From assembly GCA_963693365.1 (NCBI GenBank), contig CAVNZM010000006.1:5311264-5375263 (forward strand): a stretch of DNA of 64,000 bases. The letters are read 5' to 3'. The notes under the pieces are model-generated. The model saw nothing but the letters and a program-made list of their open reading frames with translations, did not search any database and was not told the origin of the DNA. The stretch comes from Amoebidium appalachense (Eukaryota > Protista > Ichthyosporea). Below are positions 1 through 13,164 of the stretch, one piece after another (within the stretch, counting starts at the first letter, position 1; every line of letters begins with the position of its first letter). The position numbers were made by a program, and so were the translations under genes.

Positions 1-131
1 CGTTCAAACGTGCTAATGGGGGACCAAACAAAAAACCCTAGGGAAGGGGGAGGGAAGGGTCGGTGAGGAGATGGGGGGAAGGGGGAGCAGGAAAACATTG
101 AGATTGAGAGTGACGAGAGTGAAGGTAGGGG

Positions 132-214
<83 letters not shown>

Positions 215-251
215 TAAAAACGAGAAAGAGAGCGAAAATGGATGGCCGGGG

Positions 252-289
<38 letters not shown>

Positions 290-331
290 AGGGGCAGCTA
301 GAGAGAGAGAATGAGCCTGTGCGCATGTGCC

Positions 332-363
<32 letters not shown>

Positions 364-393
364 TATGTGACGTGCACACATGTTCACACCCAC

Positions 394-655
394 CTGTTCT
401 TAGCCAGCCAGTACTTCACGCCATTCTCCTCACCCCATCCGATCAGAGTGACGTCATGCCCCCCGGCCACACTTGTGTCGTTGTGCACATAGACGCCATC
501 CTTATATACCATGAAGTCATCATATACGTCATACACACCGGTGATAGGCCCATGCGTCATAATCTCCCACTGGGCAGCCTGGGGGGAAAACAGAGGAAAA
601 AAAGGAAATAGAGAATAAAAATTAGAAGTGGGGAAGGGGTGGGAGAGGGTGGGGT

Positions 656-691
<36 letters not shown>

Positions 692-1198
692 TGGTTGCGG
701 GGGGGAGTGAGGGGTGGGGAGGGAGGAGGAGGTGTGTGCGCGGTGTGTGTGTGTGTGTGTGTGTGCGAAGGGAGGTGTATGTGAGTGAGTGAGTGTGTGA
801 GTGTGTGTGTGTGTGTGTGTTGGGGGGGGGGGGGGGGGGGGGGTTGGGGAGGAAGGGGAGGAGGTGTGATGTGTCAGTAAACATATCTTACACGATGAAA
901 TCGACGTGACATGGATTGACGGGTTGGGTGGACTGGGGAGGAGAACAGAATAGAGGAGGAGGCAAAAAGCACGGGGCCGAGGAGGGGAGGGGGGGATGGG
1001 GGTATGGGAGGTCAGTGAGTTAGTCTAAGGTTGGGGGTGGGGGTGGGGCGGGGGTGGTGGCGGTGGCAGTGCAGAGGAGGGTGGTGGGGGGGAGGGGAGA
1101 GAGAGAGAGAGAGAGAAGAAAGCACAAGAGCGAAGAGGACGGGCAAAGAGAACAAGGAGAGTCCTAGGAGATGGTAAGGGTGGGTGGGTGTAAGTTTA

Positions 1199-1248
<50 letters not shown>

Positions 1249-1626
1249 TGTGTTGCATGTTTGTTTGGGGCAGAGGGGAGGGGGGGGGGGGGGGGAGAAG
1301 GGGGGAAGGATTTGAATGAAGACAGAGACAGAATCCAGATTCCACCTGCTGCTTTTACACCTATGCACATTCCAACAACCTTCCTTCCATATATGGTATC
1401 ATACCACCATACCACCACCACCACACGCATACCTTAATGTCCAGTGCGGGAATGCGGTAGGCCTCCTTTGCCTTAAACCGGTCCTGGGCGTAAGGGCGTG
1501 TGTGCTCATTGGTGCATTCCTGAATGCACGTGGGTGAGACCACGTGCACCTTTCCGTGGTGGAGGTTGATGGGGATTGGGTAGGGCTGGCACCCGAGCTG
1601 GCTTCCGTAGTTGTCACCTTAAAACG

Positions 1627-1657
<31 letters not shown>

Positions 1658-2193
1658 TGGGTGGAGGGTGGGGGTTAGAATGTGTGATAAATTAAAAAGT
1701 AAAGATTCACTGGGAGCGGGCTGGTGCGTGGGGGGGGGGGGGGGGGGGGGGGGGGAGGGGGGGGGGAGGGGGAGGAGTTAGAGGGAGAGCGGGAAGGTAG
1801 TAGAGAGCGCGCATGCAAAATAGAGAGAGAGGGGGGGGAGGGGGGGAGGAAGGGGAGAGAGGGAGAGTTTGTGTGTGTGTGTGTGTGTGTGTGGACGATA
1901 AGGGATGGTGGGGAGGGAGGGTAGGGGGAGGGGAGGGGGGGAGGGGGGGGGAGGGGGGGGGGGGGGAGGGACAAAGAGTTGTAGAGTACAAAGAACACAT
2001 ATATGTCGAACAACACAATGCAGATCATGCGAGAGGGATGGGAGAGAGGGAGGGGAGGGGTTGAGAAAGCGGAATACGGTGCAAAGTACAAGTACGAGAT
2101 GAGAAACACGGTGCAGAGAGTGTGCAATGCAAACATTCGGGTATGCAACATCAGCAACGTGCAGAGTATGCAACAAAAGCAGAGCCTATCCTC

Positions 2194-2224
<31 letters not shown>

Positions 2225-2982
2225 AGGGGGGGGGGGGAAGGGGAGGGGGGAGGAGGGTTGGGAATGTGTTATAGAATGCAAAGTACACATTCATAACCGA
2301 CAACACAATGCCCAGTGCAAACTACACATACAGAGTATGCATAATTGGCAGAGCCCATCCTCAGAAGTCGTTCACAATGCCCGCGGGGGCGGGGGGGGGG
2401 GGGGGGGGGGGGGGGGGGTAAATATACACACCGGACACGATACCGGTGGTCATCCAGTAGTGGTATGCATCCTGGGCATCCCCACCCTCACAGCCACCAG
2501 CAACACCAGAGCAATAGTCACAGCAGGCCATAAGATCACGGGCAGAGATCAGGTCCTGTACGTGTACGTGTGTGTTGTAGGTGTTTGGTGGTGTATATCA
2601 CAGTGTATGCACATGTGTGTGTACGTGTGTGTGTGTGTGTGTGTGCGTGTGTTGTAGTTGTTTGGTGTCTGTTTGCGTGTGGGTGTGTGTTTGTTTCGAG
2701 GGGGGAGGGGGGGGGGGGGGGGGGGGTAAGAATGCGTAACAAAGTATGAGTACACGTTCACGACGGACAACTCAATGCATAAGTGGCAAGGAGTGGGTCG
2801 GTGGGTGGGTGGGTTTGAGGGGGGAGGGGGGGGGGGGGGGGGGGGGGAGGGGTGCGGGGGAAGAGGGGAAATGATGATTTGTTAAAGAGTGTGTGGGAGG
2901 ATTCGTTCTAGAGTGCAAAGTACACATTCACAAGAAAACAACATTTTCAGGCCTTGAAAGAACACATAGCATATGCAGGGGA

Positions 2983-3024
<42 letters not shown>

Positions 3025-3373
3025 GGAAGAGCATGTGAACTAGATGGAAAGAAGGCAAAAGCCGGGAATGAGGGGGGAGGGGGGAGGGGTTTAGGGTGGG
3101 GGGGTCAATGGTTACGGAAAATGAGGGTGGGTTCCGAGGGTATGGGTGGGGAGGGAGGGGGGGGGGGGCAGGTTGAAGGGGGGAATCTTGACAACGGCCC
3201 ACCTCCCCTCCCCCCCTTCCCCCATTCAACCCCTGAAGTAACACCCAGACAGTATCATCCCCCCCCCCCCCCCCCCCCCCCGCCGCCTTCCCTCGTCCCC
3301 CCAGCCCCACCATCACCAACAGCACACTTGCCAACGTCTTAATACAAATAAGCAGGAAAGGGGATGGGAGGGG

Positions 3374-3413
<40 letters not shown>

Positions 3414-3743
3414 TGGGGGGGGGATGGGGAGGATGTGTGCAATGTGCAATGTCAAGCTCACGCAACAAAGATCAAAAAAGGATGCGCAACGGGAAGACAG
3501 GTTATGCTCGAGTGGTGGTTACAGATGGGAAGAAGGGTGGGTGTGTGGGTATGTGTGTGTGTGTGTGGGTGGGTGGGTGGGTGGGTGGGGGGGGGGGGGG
3601 GGGGGGGGGGGGGACGAGGGGAAAGGGAAGTGAAAAGTTAGAGTCAGGTCGGGTGGAATGGTGGTGGTGGAGGTATGGCTGTGGGGGGATGAAGGGTGGG
3701 GGTGAGGGTGGCGGTGTGGGGACGAAGTATGCGAGGGAGGGAA

Positions 3744-3785
<42 letters not shown>

Positions 3786-4588
3786 GGGGGTGGGTGTTGT
3801 GTGTGGTGGTGGTGGCGGCAGAGGCGGGAGCTGGGATGGCAGCGGCAGCGGTGGTAGTGTTGGTGGGTGCGTGTGTGTGCGTGTGTTAGGGGGGAGGGGG
3901 AGGGGAGGGGGGAGAGGAAGGGGGGAGAAAACGTATCATCATTCTAAAAAAAAATATCAGAGAGGGGAAAAAAAAAACGTAAAAACCAACCTGGTATGTG
4001 CCGTTGCTAGCAATGCACAGGCGGTCACTCATGGGCGTGGTGGTGCCAAAGGCCCAGCAGCTTCCGCAGTTGCCCTGATCTCTAACCAATGGAACCGTCT
4101 GGCAGTCGTACCACTTTTCCCGCGCGTCAAAATGGTCCGGAATCTTCGAGAAGTCGATGCCGGTGTAGTTCTTGAAGGGCAACACGTGACTGTGTGTGTG
4201 TGGGGGGGGGGGGGGGGGGGGGGGGAGGGGGAGGGGAGGGGGGGGTGAAGGGGGGAGGGGGGAGGGAGGGAAGGGGGGGGGGGGGGGGGGGAGGGGGGGG
4301 CAGGGGAGGGTTTAAAGTGTGGTACACCTTACGAAGCACATATTCGCGATGGATAACATAATGCAGGCGTGTAAACGGAAGTTTGGTGGTGGTGGTGGTT
4401 TGTGTATGTGTGTGTGGGGGGGGGGGGGAGGGGGGGGGGGTCGCTGACTGGATGTGGGGAACACGTCAGCAAAGAGGAGAGACCAAGTACAAGTTAAGTC
4501 ATTAATGCATGTAATGAGGGTAGCTGTCAGCAGGCTTGTATATTGGTGGTGTTTTTACAGCGCCCCTCTCTTTCTTTATCTCTCTCTA

Positions 4589-4623
<35 letters not shown>

Positions 4624-5512
4624 TGGTGGTGGTGGTGGTGGTGGTGGTGGTAAAAATTGTGCTGCAAGCTGTGTGTGTCTGTGTGCGCGTGAGCGCGCCC
4701 GCACGTGTATGCGTGTGTGTGTAAGAGGGAGGGGGGGGGGGGGGGGGAGTGGGGTGTCATTTAACAAAAAAGGCATCGCATAAAGAAAAATGCAGATGGC
4801 GGAAAGTAAACAGGGCTGGGGACACGGGGGAGGGGAGGGTAAAAAGAGTCGTGTGTCCAAAATTCTTCCAAAAGTGTGTCTCTCCCCACTCTTACGGCAT
4901 TTCATACAAGAAGAAATACTTTTAAAATGCGTCCAGAAAGCATACATTAATAATCCCTTCGTTTTCTATCCATATGCTAACGTAAACACTGAGTGACGGC
5001 CGAACAAGGATTCGTTTCTCACAAAGAACCCACAAACTGCAAAAGCGCAACAAAAATCCAGTGTTTTCTTCTTACACCGAGCCCCCAAAACAACACCGCC
5101 TCCCCAACCAGGCCATAAATCAAGCACCACCCAAAAAAAGAGCATAACAGTGCCAAATTAGCAAGGAAAGAGAAGAAAAGAAAAGAAAAGAAAACAAAAA
5201 AAAAGAAAGAAGGAAAAGCACTTACTTGCTCCCCCTGCGGTCGTTCGTTCCAGTCAGCTCGTTGCGTGGTTTGTTGATAAGGCGCTTAAATTGCTTCATA
5301 GTCATGCCATAAAACGGGTGCGTTTTCTGCTCAGCGTCCACAGCGCGCCAAGAGAGTTTTGCACTGTTGATAGCTTCGATTTTCTTGGGGTCAAGAACGA
5401 GCCTTTCGCCGACGTCGTTTCCTGCACTCTCCAGACGAATACTGGACGCGTGTGCGAAGGAAACAGCAACCGCGCCAAAGGCGGCCACTGTTGTGAGAGT
5501 GCTTGAAACCAT
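394..5512 (-). CDS. CTSB: Cathepsin B-like cysteine protease (papain family C1A), 3' end outside window
   Basis: Exons 5512-5226, 4189-3991, 2555-2432, 1617-1433 and 578-394 join in frame at GT-AG sites. Signal peptide MVSSTLTTVAAFGAVAVSFA, FDAREKW, catalytic RDQGNCGSCWAF, GGCEGG, GCQPY..HH loop, HGPI, catalytic His in GGHDVTLIGWG, and YWLAKN with the following Ser codon split by an intron. Confidence 0.93.
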
Positions 5513-5959
5513 TGTTTATCCTTCGGCCGAGGGCCTTACAAACATGAAAATGCTACCTAGAAAGTGAGTCTTTCTCTGCTGAAATAGGGGAGTGGCCGTG
5601 AATGTGTACATGTGTGGAGTGGGAATTCAAAAAACATTGAACGACCATTTGTTTTGGCTCTGCGCGTCGGTTTGTGTCGCCGCACGCCGATTGGCTGTCA
5701 GCACATAGACACTACCCCTCAACCCCTAAGCATGGGATCCTTTAAATTTGATCCTAATCATGCTTCCTAGTAAAAATGACTGAATTAGACAGAAAACGGT
5801 TTAGCTTCTAAACACCCTATGTCATTAAATTGATAATAAAAATTCAAATTTTTGGATATTGTATTTATCTTTTAAGATATACAACTATATAATGCACATG
5901 TAGAAGCGGATAATTCTTTTGTACTTGCAAATTGACATTTTGAAGCAATTTAGTTGTTT

Positions 5960-6633
5960 TTTGCAGGTGTTTAGAGATTGTCAGGGAGAATAATCGACCA
6001 ATCAAATCCACGCCCGCATAGCAATGCACAAAGGAATTTGCCTTTTCTGGTGCCCTGATTTTTGGCGCTATGGCATACCCGCTAAACAGCCCCGTACGAG
6101 AACGGACTCCACGTGGTGGCTCGCTGGGCTGGGAAGGGCCTCATCCAGTCATCTCGACTCGCAGGGAAGAAAAGAAAGGCTTTTGAAAAAAAGAAAGAAA
6201 AGGCCCCGGTGGAGGATACATATCATATCATAGAGCGACCGGTCAAATGGGTCTGTCACGGTAAAAACGGACTCAATGTGTTGACCTCATCAGCGCGAGC
6301 AAATGTGAGGGTGCAAGGGGAAGGGGGGGGGGGGGGGGGGGGGGAGGGGGGGGGGGGGGGGGAGGAAGGGGGGGAGAAATCTCCTTCGATTAAACACAGC
6401 GAGCGGTGTTTTTATCTGAACATGAAGAGAGGGATGCATCCACACAAAATGTTATAGAACAAAGGCACTTAGCCAAAAAGGGTACCTTCTTTCCTGTGTT
6501 TCCTTCTTATTCGGAGAGAAAAAAGGTGAGAAAATTGCTTCATTCACCAAATATTCAAGATCACTTACTACGAGCCACCAGGCGCACATATTTCGCTTGA
6601 ATAGCGAACGTGGGACTCCCCCCCTCCCCCTCC

Positions 6634-6667
<34 letters not shown>

Positions 6668-6838
6668 TCTTTCTCTCTCCTATGCAACTCACCCGCCGTC
6701 ACTGTCTTGCCCCGCAATCAACCACGGGCAATCTGTGCAGCGCTGCTTCTCTTACACGCAAAGGCTCTTTCCTTGACGTATGAGCTTGAATTCCTCTAAC
6801 ATTTCACGAAATCTGTCTATGTGTTTGGATTTATTTCT

Positions 6839-6902
<64 letters not shown>

Positions 6903-7117
6903 CCTCTCTCTCTCCCCTCCCCCCCCCTTTCCCCCCCCCTCCCTCCCTCTCTCTCCCGCGCGCGTTCTCCCCCCCCCCCCCCCCCTCTCTGTCTGTCTGC
7001 CAGGCTTCCGTCTGTCTCTTTCCATCCCCCCCCCCCCCCCCTCCCCCCTCTCTCTCCCCCCCCCCCCCCCCCTCTCTCTCTCCCTTTCCCTCTCTATCTG
7101 TCTCTCTCCCTCACCCC

Positions 7118-7159
<42 letters not shown>

Positions 7160-8110
7160 TCTCTTTCTCTCTTCTCTCTCTCTCTCTCTCTCCCCTTCCC
7201 CCCCCTTCCCCCTTCTCTCTCTCTCTCTCTCTCTCCCCCCCCCCCCCCCCCCTCCCCCCCCTCCCCCCCCCCCTCTCTCTCCCACCCTCGAGCTCCCTTC
7301 CTCTCTCATCCTTGGATCTCACTCTCTCTCGAGCTCGCCCCCTTCGAATTCCTTTCCAGAGCCCCCCCCCCCCCCCCCCCCCTCCCCCTCCCCCCCCCCC
7401 TCCTCCCCCCTCGGTCTCCGGGCCCTGCAGGTCCCTTTTCCTCTCCTTCCCGTTCTTCTCCTGCAAATCTCTCCACATCAGCGTTTCAAAGTCAACAAAG
7501 AACTTCCGCCTCGTGAGAGGGGGAGGGGGGGGATGGGGGGGAGAGGGGATGGACGGGAGGACACGTCCAACATCACGGCCGCCATCAGGAGAGGAGTGGT
7601 AAGGAGGGGCTAGCCATGACCAGGCTTACATAATAGCATGGATCAAGACTAGTTTCTCCTTCCCCTAACCACTCTTGCGGCCACGGGGGAGGGGCAACTT
7701 CCTTCTTTCTTCCTCAAGTGGACGGTGAGGACCGGAGGGCGGGTGAGGGGGGGGGGGGGGGGAGGGGGAGGGGGGTTACATTTCTGTCCCGAGGTTGGGA
7801 TGGGGAGGCGGGGGGAGGGGAGGGTGGCCTGAAACGTATGCCAATCGGCGCACATGTGCCACGTGCACTGATTCTGTGAAACGGTTGCACATGCGGTTTT
7901 GACCTCGAGCATGAGCCTGAGCGTCAGTGACCAGCATGCGTATGCGCGATTGGACACCATGGCCAGCTCTAGAGTCTCCACCAGCTCTATCCACCAGCTA
8001 GGCCGGCGCCATGGCGGAGCTCCATCCGGCCCCGGCCATGCGGGGTTGAAATCCATGACACTATCGACCTGATGATGCCAGCCTGCAGGCTGCAGGCCCG
8101 ACTGGTAATG
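5960..8110 (-). mobile_element. Possible highly degenerate hAT-like transposase remnant
   Basis: Minus-strand fragments occur in the order expected for a hAT C-terminal half: LMLEVKTACATVSQNQCT (~7900), TTPLLMAAVMLD (~7580, cf. P-L-x-A-A-x-x-L-D-P), FREMLEEFKLIRQG (~6790) and a frameshifted VE.PFS...PEKANSFVHCY (~6110-6020). Interrupted by stops and microsatellites; no TIRs identified. Confidence 0.25.
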
Positions 8111-9393
8111 CATGAGAGAGAGATAAAATCATTGGATGCATCAGGTGCTACGCCAGGTGCATAAGATGAATACTGCAAACGAATGAATAGTAGCTATGAA
8201 AAACTTATGCAGCAGCAGAACAAGAGCTTCGATGCAGGTGTGCAAACATTTCGTGACTATAAACAGGCATAGATACAGTAGATAGCTAGGCATAGCATGC
8301 CATAAGCATATTCCATGATTTCGTGCCCTGTCAAGTAGCCAACATTGTGAAGCACAGTGAAGGAGCTGATTGGATAAATGGTGGGGACACTGATCTAAGC
8401 TGGCATGCACCTTTACGTTGCTTGAGGATCCAACATGAAAAATGGAAGCTAATTCTAATTAATGGGTATTATTTATCGTAAGATTTTCTTTAAGAATGTT
8501 GGTTTTGATAACTTGTAACTGGAACTGCTAGGAATCCCGCGCAGGATCTAAAGGAATTCCACGGCCCGCTGCGTTGCTAATGGGTGGTGCACTCTAACCC
8601 AATTAATTCTTCCGTATATCATGCACAAGGTTAACCGTGCAGATATTTCTTCATCTTATTGGTTTAGAGGGAATCCGTGTTCAAATTGATAGCCTACTTC
8701 TGCTGTGGCTGAGCCTGGCATGCGCAGGCTTCAGCCCACAACATAAATACCAGTGACGACCCACGTTCCTATGCCTCACTATTGCATGTGTGTTTCTTTT
8801 CTCTTCCAGTCTCCCAAGCAGTAATGTTTTTTCCTGAACAGAACAGGTGGATCACCTAAGGTTGCTGTCAGGAAATCATCACCATTCGACTTACATAGCT
8901 AAACGCTGTGAAACGTTGTTGTTAATTGTGACTTCTTTCGATTCCTTGCATACTGCATGTACACAGAACTTCGTACATTCCTTTTTGCGTGGGTGGTCCT
9001 GAGGGTAACGAAGAAAATACATCACTCCAAGCTCATAGTGGGCGCGTCTGCGTGTTTAGCTGGCCATGTTTATTTCTGGGTCAGAGAAAGTACGCGTGGC
9101 TCTCCCCTTCATAACGGTTGTCTTTCCTCACCACGTGCACATACGAAGTAGTAAGCATGCGTGCATGTCGATTTGTGACTCTCGGAGTTGTAATAGTAGT
9201 GCATGATATCTAATTTTTTCACTCTGGCCCTTACCAGCTGGTCTTCTCAAACACATGTTTTGGTTCATCTCTACAAGTTTAACCCTGCACTGACAACACG
9301 ACTCGCTCGCTAATTATTAATTGTAACCGTTGACCCCTTATAGAGGAACCCACTTTATGTACTCTGTAACAAACTTTAAAGCTTTGAAGTTAG

Positions 9394-10859
9394 ATGTGCT
9401 AATGGCAGTGGTAGCATCAAGCAACCAAAATGAGCGTTTCCGGATTTTCCATTACCCTACGGCGACCACGACGGGTGGTGTCATGCCTATTGCTTCTCGG
9501 GTGCGCCTTTCACCTCAACCCCGGACGATGAAACCACCCGTGTCGTCGTTCGCCAACTACTCGCAACAGACGGTGCAATCAGTGTGGATGCATATGGTGA
9601 CATAACGCATGAAAAAAAACAACGGGAAAATTTGGAAACAAAACACACGCACGAAGGCCACGTAGACGACTTTTTGCGCAAATTGAGAGAGGAGTTTGCT
9701 GGCCCGACGCAGTTGCAGCCCGGTGATCAAGGAAAAGTCATTGCTGGTGGTGAAAGCCCGTGCAATAATACGGACTCCGAAATTAGCAATGTCTCTTTGC
9801 CAAGCTCAACTGTTTTAAAAAGCACAACAAAGAGCAAATCAGGGAGGGAAAACGAAAATGTCCAGCTCGTAAGGCGACAGCGAGAAGTGAACCTTAACCT
9901 TATGGGGGATTCGCCAACGCCGACCGCGGTGTCCCAACCCGTACGCAAAGTGCACAACGAGGACCGCCTACCACAGGATGAAAACGAAATCGTAGACGTG
10001 ATGATCTGTTCGGATTTCAAAACGGTCCACGGGATGGTGGCCGCTGTGAGCAGCGTTATTGCAAACACAAAGGCACACCCGTTTTTCCACCTTGTCGTTA
10101 TACCAAACATTGCCGAAATGGTCACGCGGTGGATTCTTCACTACTATCCGAACGTGACGATGGAGGTGATTCCCTTTCGCGGGGGGCTGCTTCGGGAGAA
10201 AATTGTGGTGCGGGGGAGAAGGAAGGAATTGGGAAGCCCCATGAATTTCGCCCAACCGTCTTTCCATGTTTTTGAACTTCGGCCACCCGCTGATACAGAA
10301 ACTGAAAATGAACCCGAAGAAACACGCGTTCAACGCCGGGGTTTTTGTTGCCGACATGACCGCGTGGCGCAAGTTTAATGTCACGGAAAAGTTGGTTGAG
10401 TGGATGGATTTAAACACCCACACAAACGTTTACGGTGCGGAGGCCGGGGGCGGTGTTTCGCAGCCACCCATGCTCATTGCGTTGCACAACCGCACAGTAG
10501 AACTACCCACGGAATGGCACGTGCGTCATTTTGGGTGGTCCGAGAGCGACAATTATACGATGGAATACGTCGCTAGTGCAAAACTTTTGCACTGGAACGG
10601 AAAGGCGAAACCGTGGAATACGCGCGGGAAATGGATGGGGCTGTGGTATGAGTACTACAGGCACGAGCCGACGGCACATATAATGGGATACATGGACCCG
10701 ATATTGAGGAAGAAGGGGACGGCGTCTGCAAAGGCGATGAAAATGAAGTTGGCCCAATGGAATGCTTCCGTTAAAATTAATGGTGAAGTTTCATTGGTGG
10801 ATGCGGCACTGGAGCGTGCGGTTGATGGGGGAGAAACAGCCCCAGAGCCTGCCAGATAG
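9394..10859 (+). pseudogene. Glycosyltransferase family 8 (GLT8D-like), disrupted
   Basis: ORF 9584-10378 gives the N-terminal GT8 half (VAAVSSVIANT..FFHLV..MNFA). ORF 10266-10859 gives the C-terminal half (FNAGVFVAD..W, SQPPMLIAL, WHVRHFGW, AKLLHWNGKAKPW) in a different frame. The segment carrying the DxD motif is absent at the junction (~10252), and there is an in-frame TGA upstream at 9431-9433. Confidence 0.8.
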
Positions 10860-11051
10860 CAATTTCGAATTAGAAATTGAACCAAATATGGCTTTTGCCT
10901 AATTTAGGTTGATTAGGTTCCCGTGAATGATGCCGAATGCATAACTGAACGTATGGAACAGGTGACAAAAAGGTGCCGTTGGTGCCACGGTGTATCATAG
11001 GGCTGTGTGTGTGTGTGTGTGTGTGTGGTGATGGTGGTGGCGGCTGTGTGT

Positions 11052-11108
<57 letters not shown>

Positions 11109-11540
11109 TGGCAACCATAAAGTCTTGCTTAACGGCTTTGTGAGTTTAGTAGTTTGATTCGAAGGAGCTCTTGTTGCAAGTGTTGCCCAATCGAGAGAAA
11201 GCAGGGCAGAAGCACCCCGTATCCTTAAGCTGAGTATGCACACTCGGAATGAATTTGAAAAAACAATTGTGAATGATTGATGCTTGTCGGCTTAGAACTG
11301 AATGTGGTAGACCGAATAGAGGGTCGATAGCCTTATTAAGGCAGCCTAATCAAAGTTTAGTTCTATGTCTAAGATACTACGTATAATGTGATTATGAAAC
11401 GAATGCTGAATAGTGATTGTTGTTTGTCGTTCTGAGATAAAAAGCCACTGATTGAAACGTATGATCATTGGTTATCGATGGCTGATTTTTACAACAAGAA
11501 TGACGATATTGCAAACTGTTGTTTTTGATGCCTCGTCATG

Positions 11541-11582
<42 letters not shown>

Positions 11583-12355
11583 AAAAAAAAAAAAATCCCT
11601 CTCAACCCCACCCCATTCAAACACACACACACTCACGCACACGCACATGTTCACATACCACACACTCGGGGGCCCGACACTCTCCCTTCTTGCCCTCCTC
11701 GAGACATCCACATACCGTCATTCAGCCTACACAACTTACCCTCCTATAAATCCAATCACTCATCCCTCCCCCCCCCCCCCCCTCCACCCCCCCCCCCCCC
11801 TCCCCCCCACACACACACACACAAACACACACCCACACACCCACAAACCTCAAGTTCTCCCACAAACTGCGAATGAACTTGTCACCTGTCCCCTCAGTCT
11901 CCTATGCAAGTTAAAACCGGTGTTTTTAAGCACTGCCAAAGGAAATTCTGGATTTATGCCACACAATTATAAAGATATTGGGTTGACTGACCGAAGAGCA
12001 AAAGGTTGCCTTTCACAACCGTTCTAGCAATGCCTCCCCCCCCCCCCCCCCCCCCTCCCCCCCCCCCCCCCCCCCCAATTCCTCCCCTCCCCCCTCCCCC
12101 TGCCCCCGGTCAGAAAGCTGATAAAGAAAGAGGCAATTCACTGCCTCTCCTAGTTATTTTGGAGGCCAAAGGCAGAACTCACACAATCTCTCCAGCGGGG
12201 ACTGGGCCGGAGGTGGGATTTGAGGGAGAACGGGGGGAGAGGGGGGGAGGGGGGGGGAGGGGGGAGGGGGAGATGGGGGGGGGGGGGGGGGGGGGGGGGG
12301 CTTTTACATCTTAGTTGAAAAGTGATTTCTTATCCCACCACTGCCCCGCCTTGAA

Positions 12356-12656
12356 GTGCTTGCCCCTTGAAACGATACCAGGCTGTGTACCAACTCCACA
12401 GGATGTGCCGCAGGGCTAGGCGGGGTGAGGTGGGGTGGGGGTGGGGGTGGCGGAGGGGGGGGGGGGGGGGGGGGGGAGGGGGGGGGGGGGGGGGGGGGAG
12501 GAAGGAGGGGATAAGATGTGTAAAATTTCTGTGTGCATCCCCCCGGGCACACACACAATTTAAAAGCACGTATCCCCCCCCCCGCCCCCTCCTCCCCGCG
12601 GCACATCCTGTGGAGTTGGTACATACACAGGCTGGTATCGTTCGGGGGGCAAGCAC
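12356..12656. repeat. Inverted repeat, ~60-bp arms with ~180-bp G-rich spacer
   Basis: GTACCAACTCCACAGGATGTGCCGC (12387-12411) is the exact reverse complement of 12598-12622, and similarity extends out to GTGCTTGCCCC / GGGGCAAGCAC. Confidence 0.85.
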
Positions 12657-13128
12657 ATCCAGACGGCTCAGTAATTACTGGAATAATACAGTCACTTTCC
12701 AACAAAGTACGTAACCCCCCCCCCCCCCCCCCCCCCCCCTCCCCTCCCCTCCCCGGGGAAGAAATTCAATTTTATGTGTGTAGAGAGTTTTTGCCTAGGG
12801 GTTTTTTGTGCCTGTTTTGACTGAGTCTTCGTAACAGCGACTGGGTATAATTGGGTGTGGGTTTCTGTATACTAGTAGCAGGTGCTATATATTTTCCATT
12901 ACGGGTTTCCATATCATGATTCCGAATTCAATAGGAGTCTCCATAGATATTTACACATACTCAGCCGGGCCGCGCCCGTGCACGGTGCATGTGCATGTTC
13001 TAGTTTAAAGCCGGCAGTAGCTGGTCATGATTTCCAACAGAAATACTGCCTCCTCAATAAGTATCTTCGTTTTTCCGTGGATCCGTCTCCCCTTAATCCA
13101 ACCCACTTATCCTTTTTGCCCGTGTCAG

Positions 13129-13164
<36 letters not shown>

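Noticed and set aside
384-400. Apparent N-R-W instead of catalytic N-S-W in the cathepsin
   Set aside because: The codon is split by a phase-2 intron (AG|gt at 394/393), so Ser is likely completed by the next exon outside the window.
8560-8600. Helitron-like hairpin GCCCGCTGCGTTGCTAATGGG followed by CTAA
   Set aside because: The stem is imperfect, it is not followed by T, and there is no other support.
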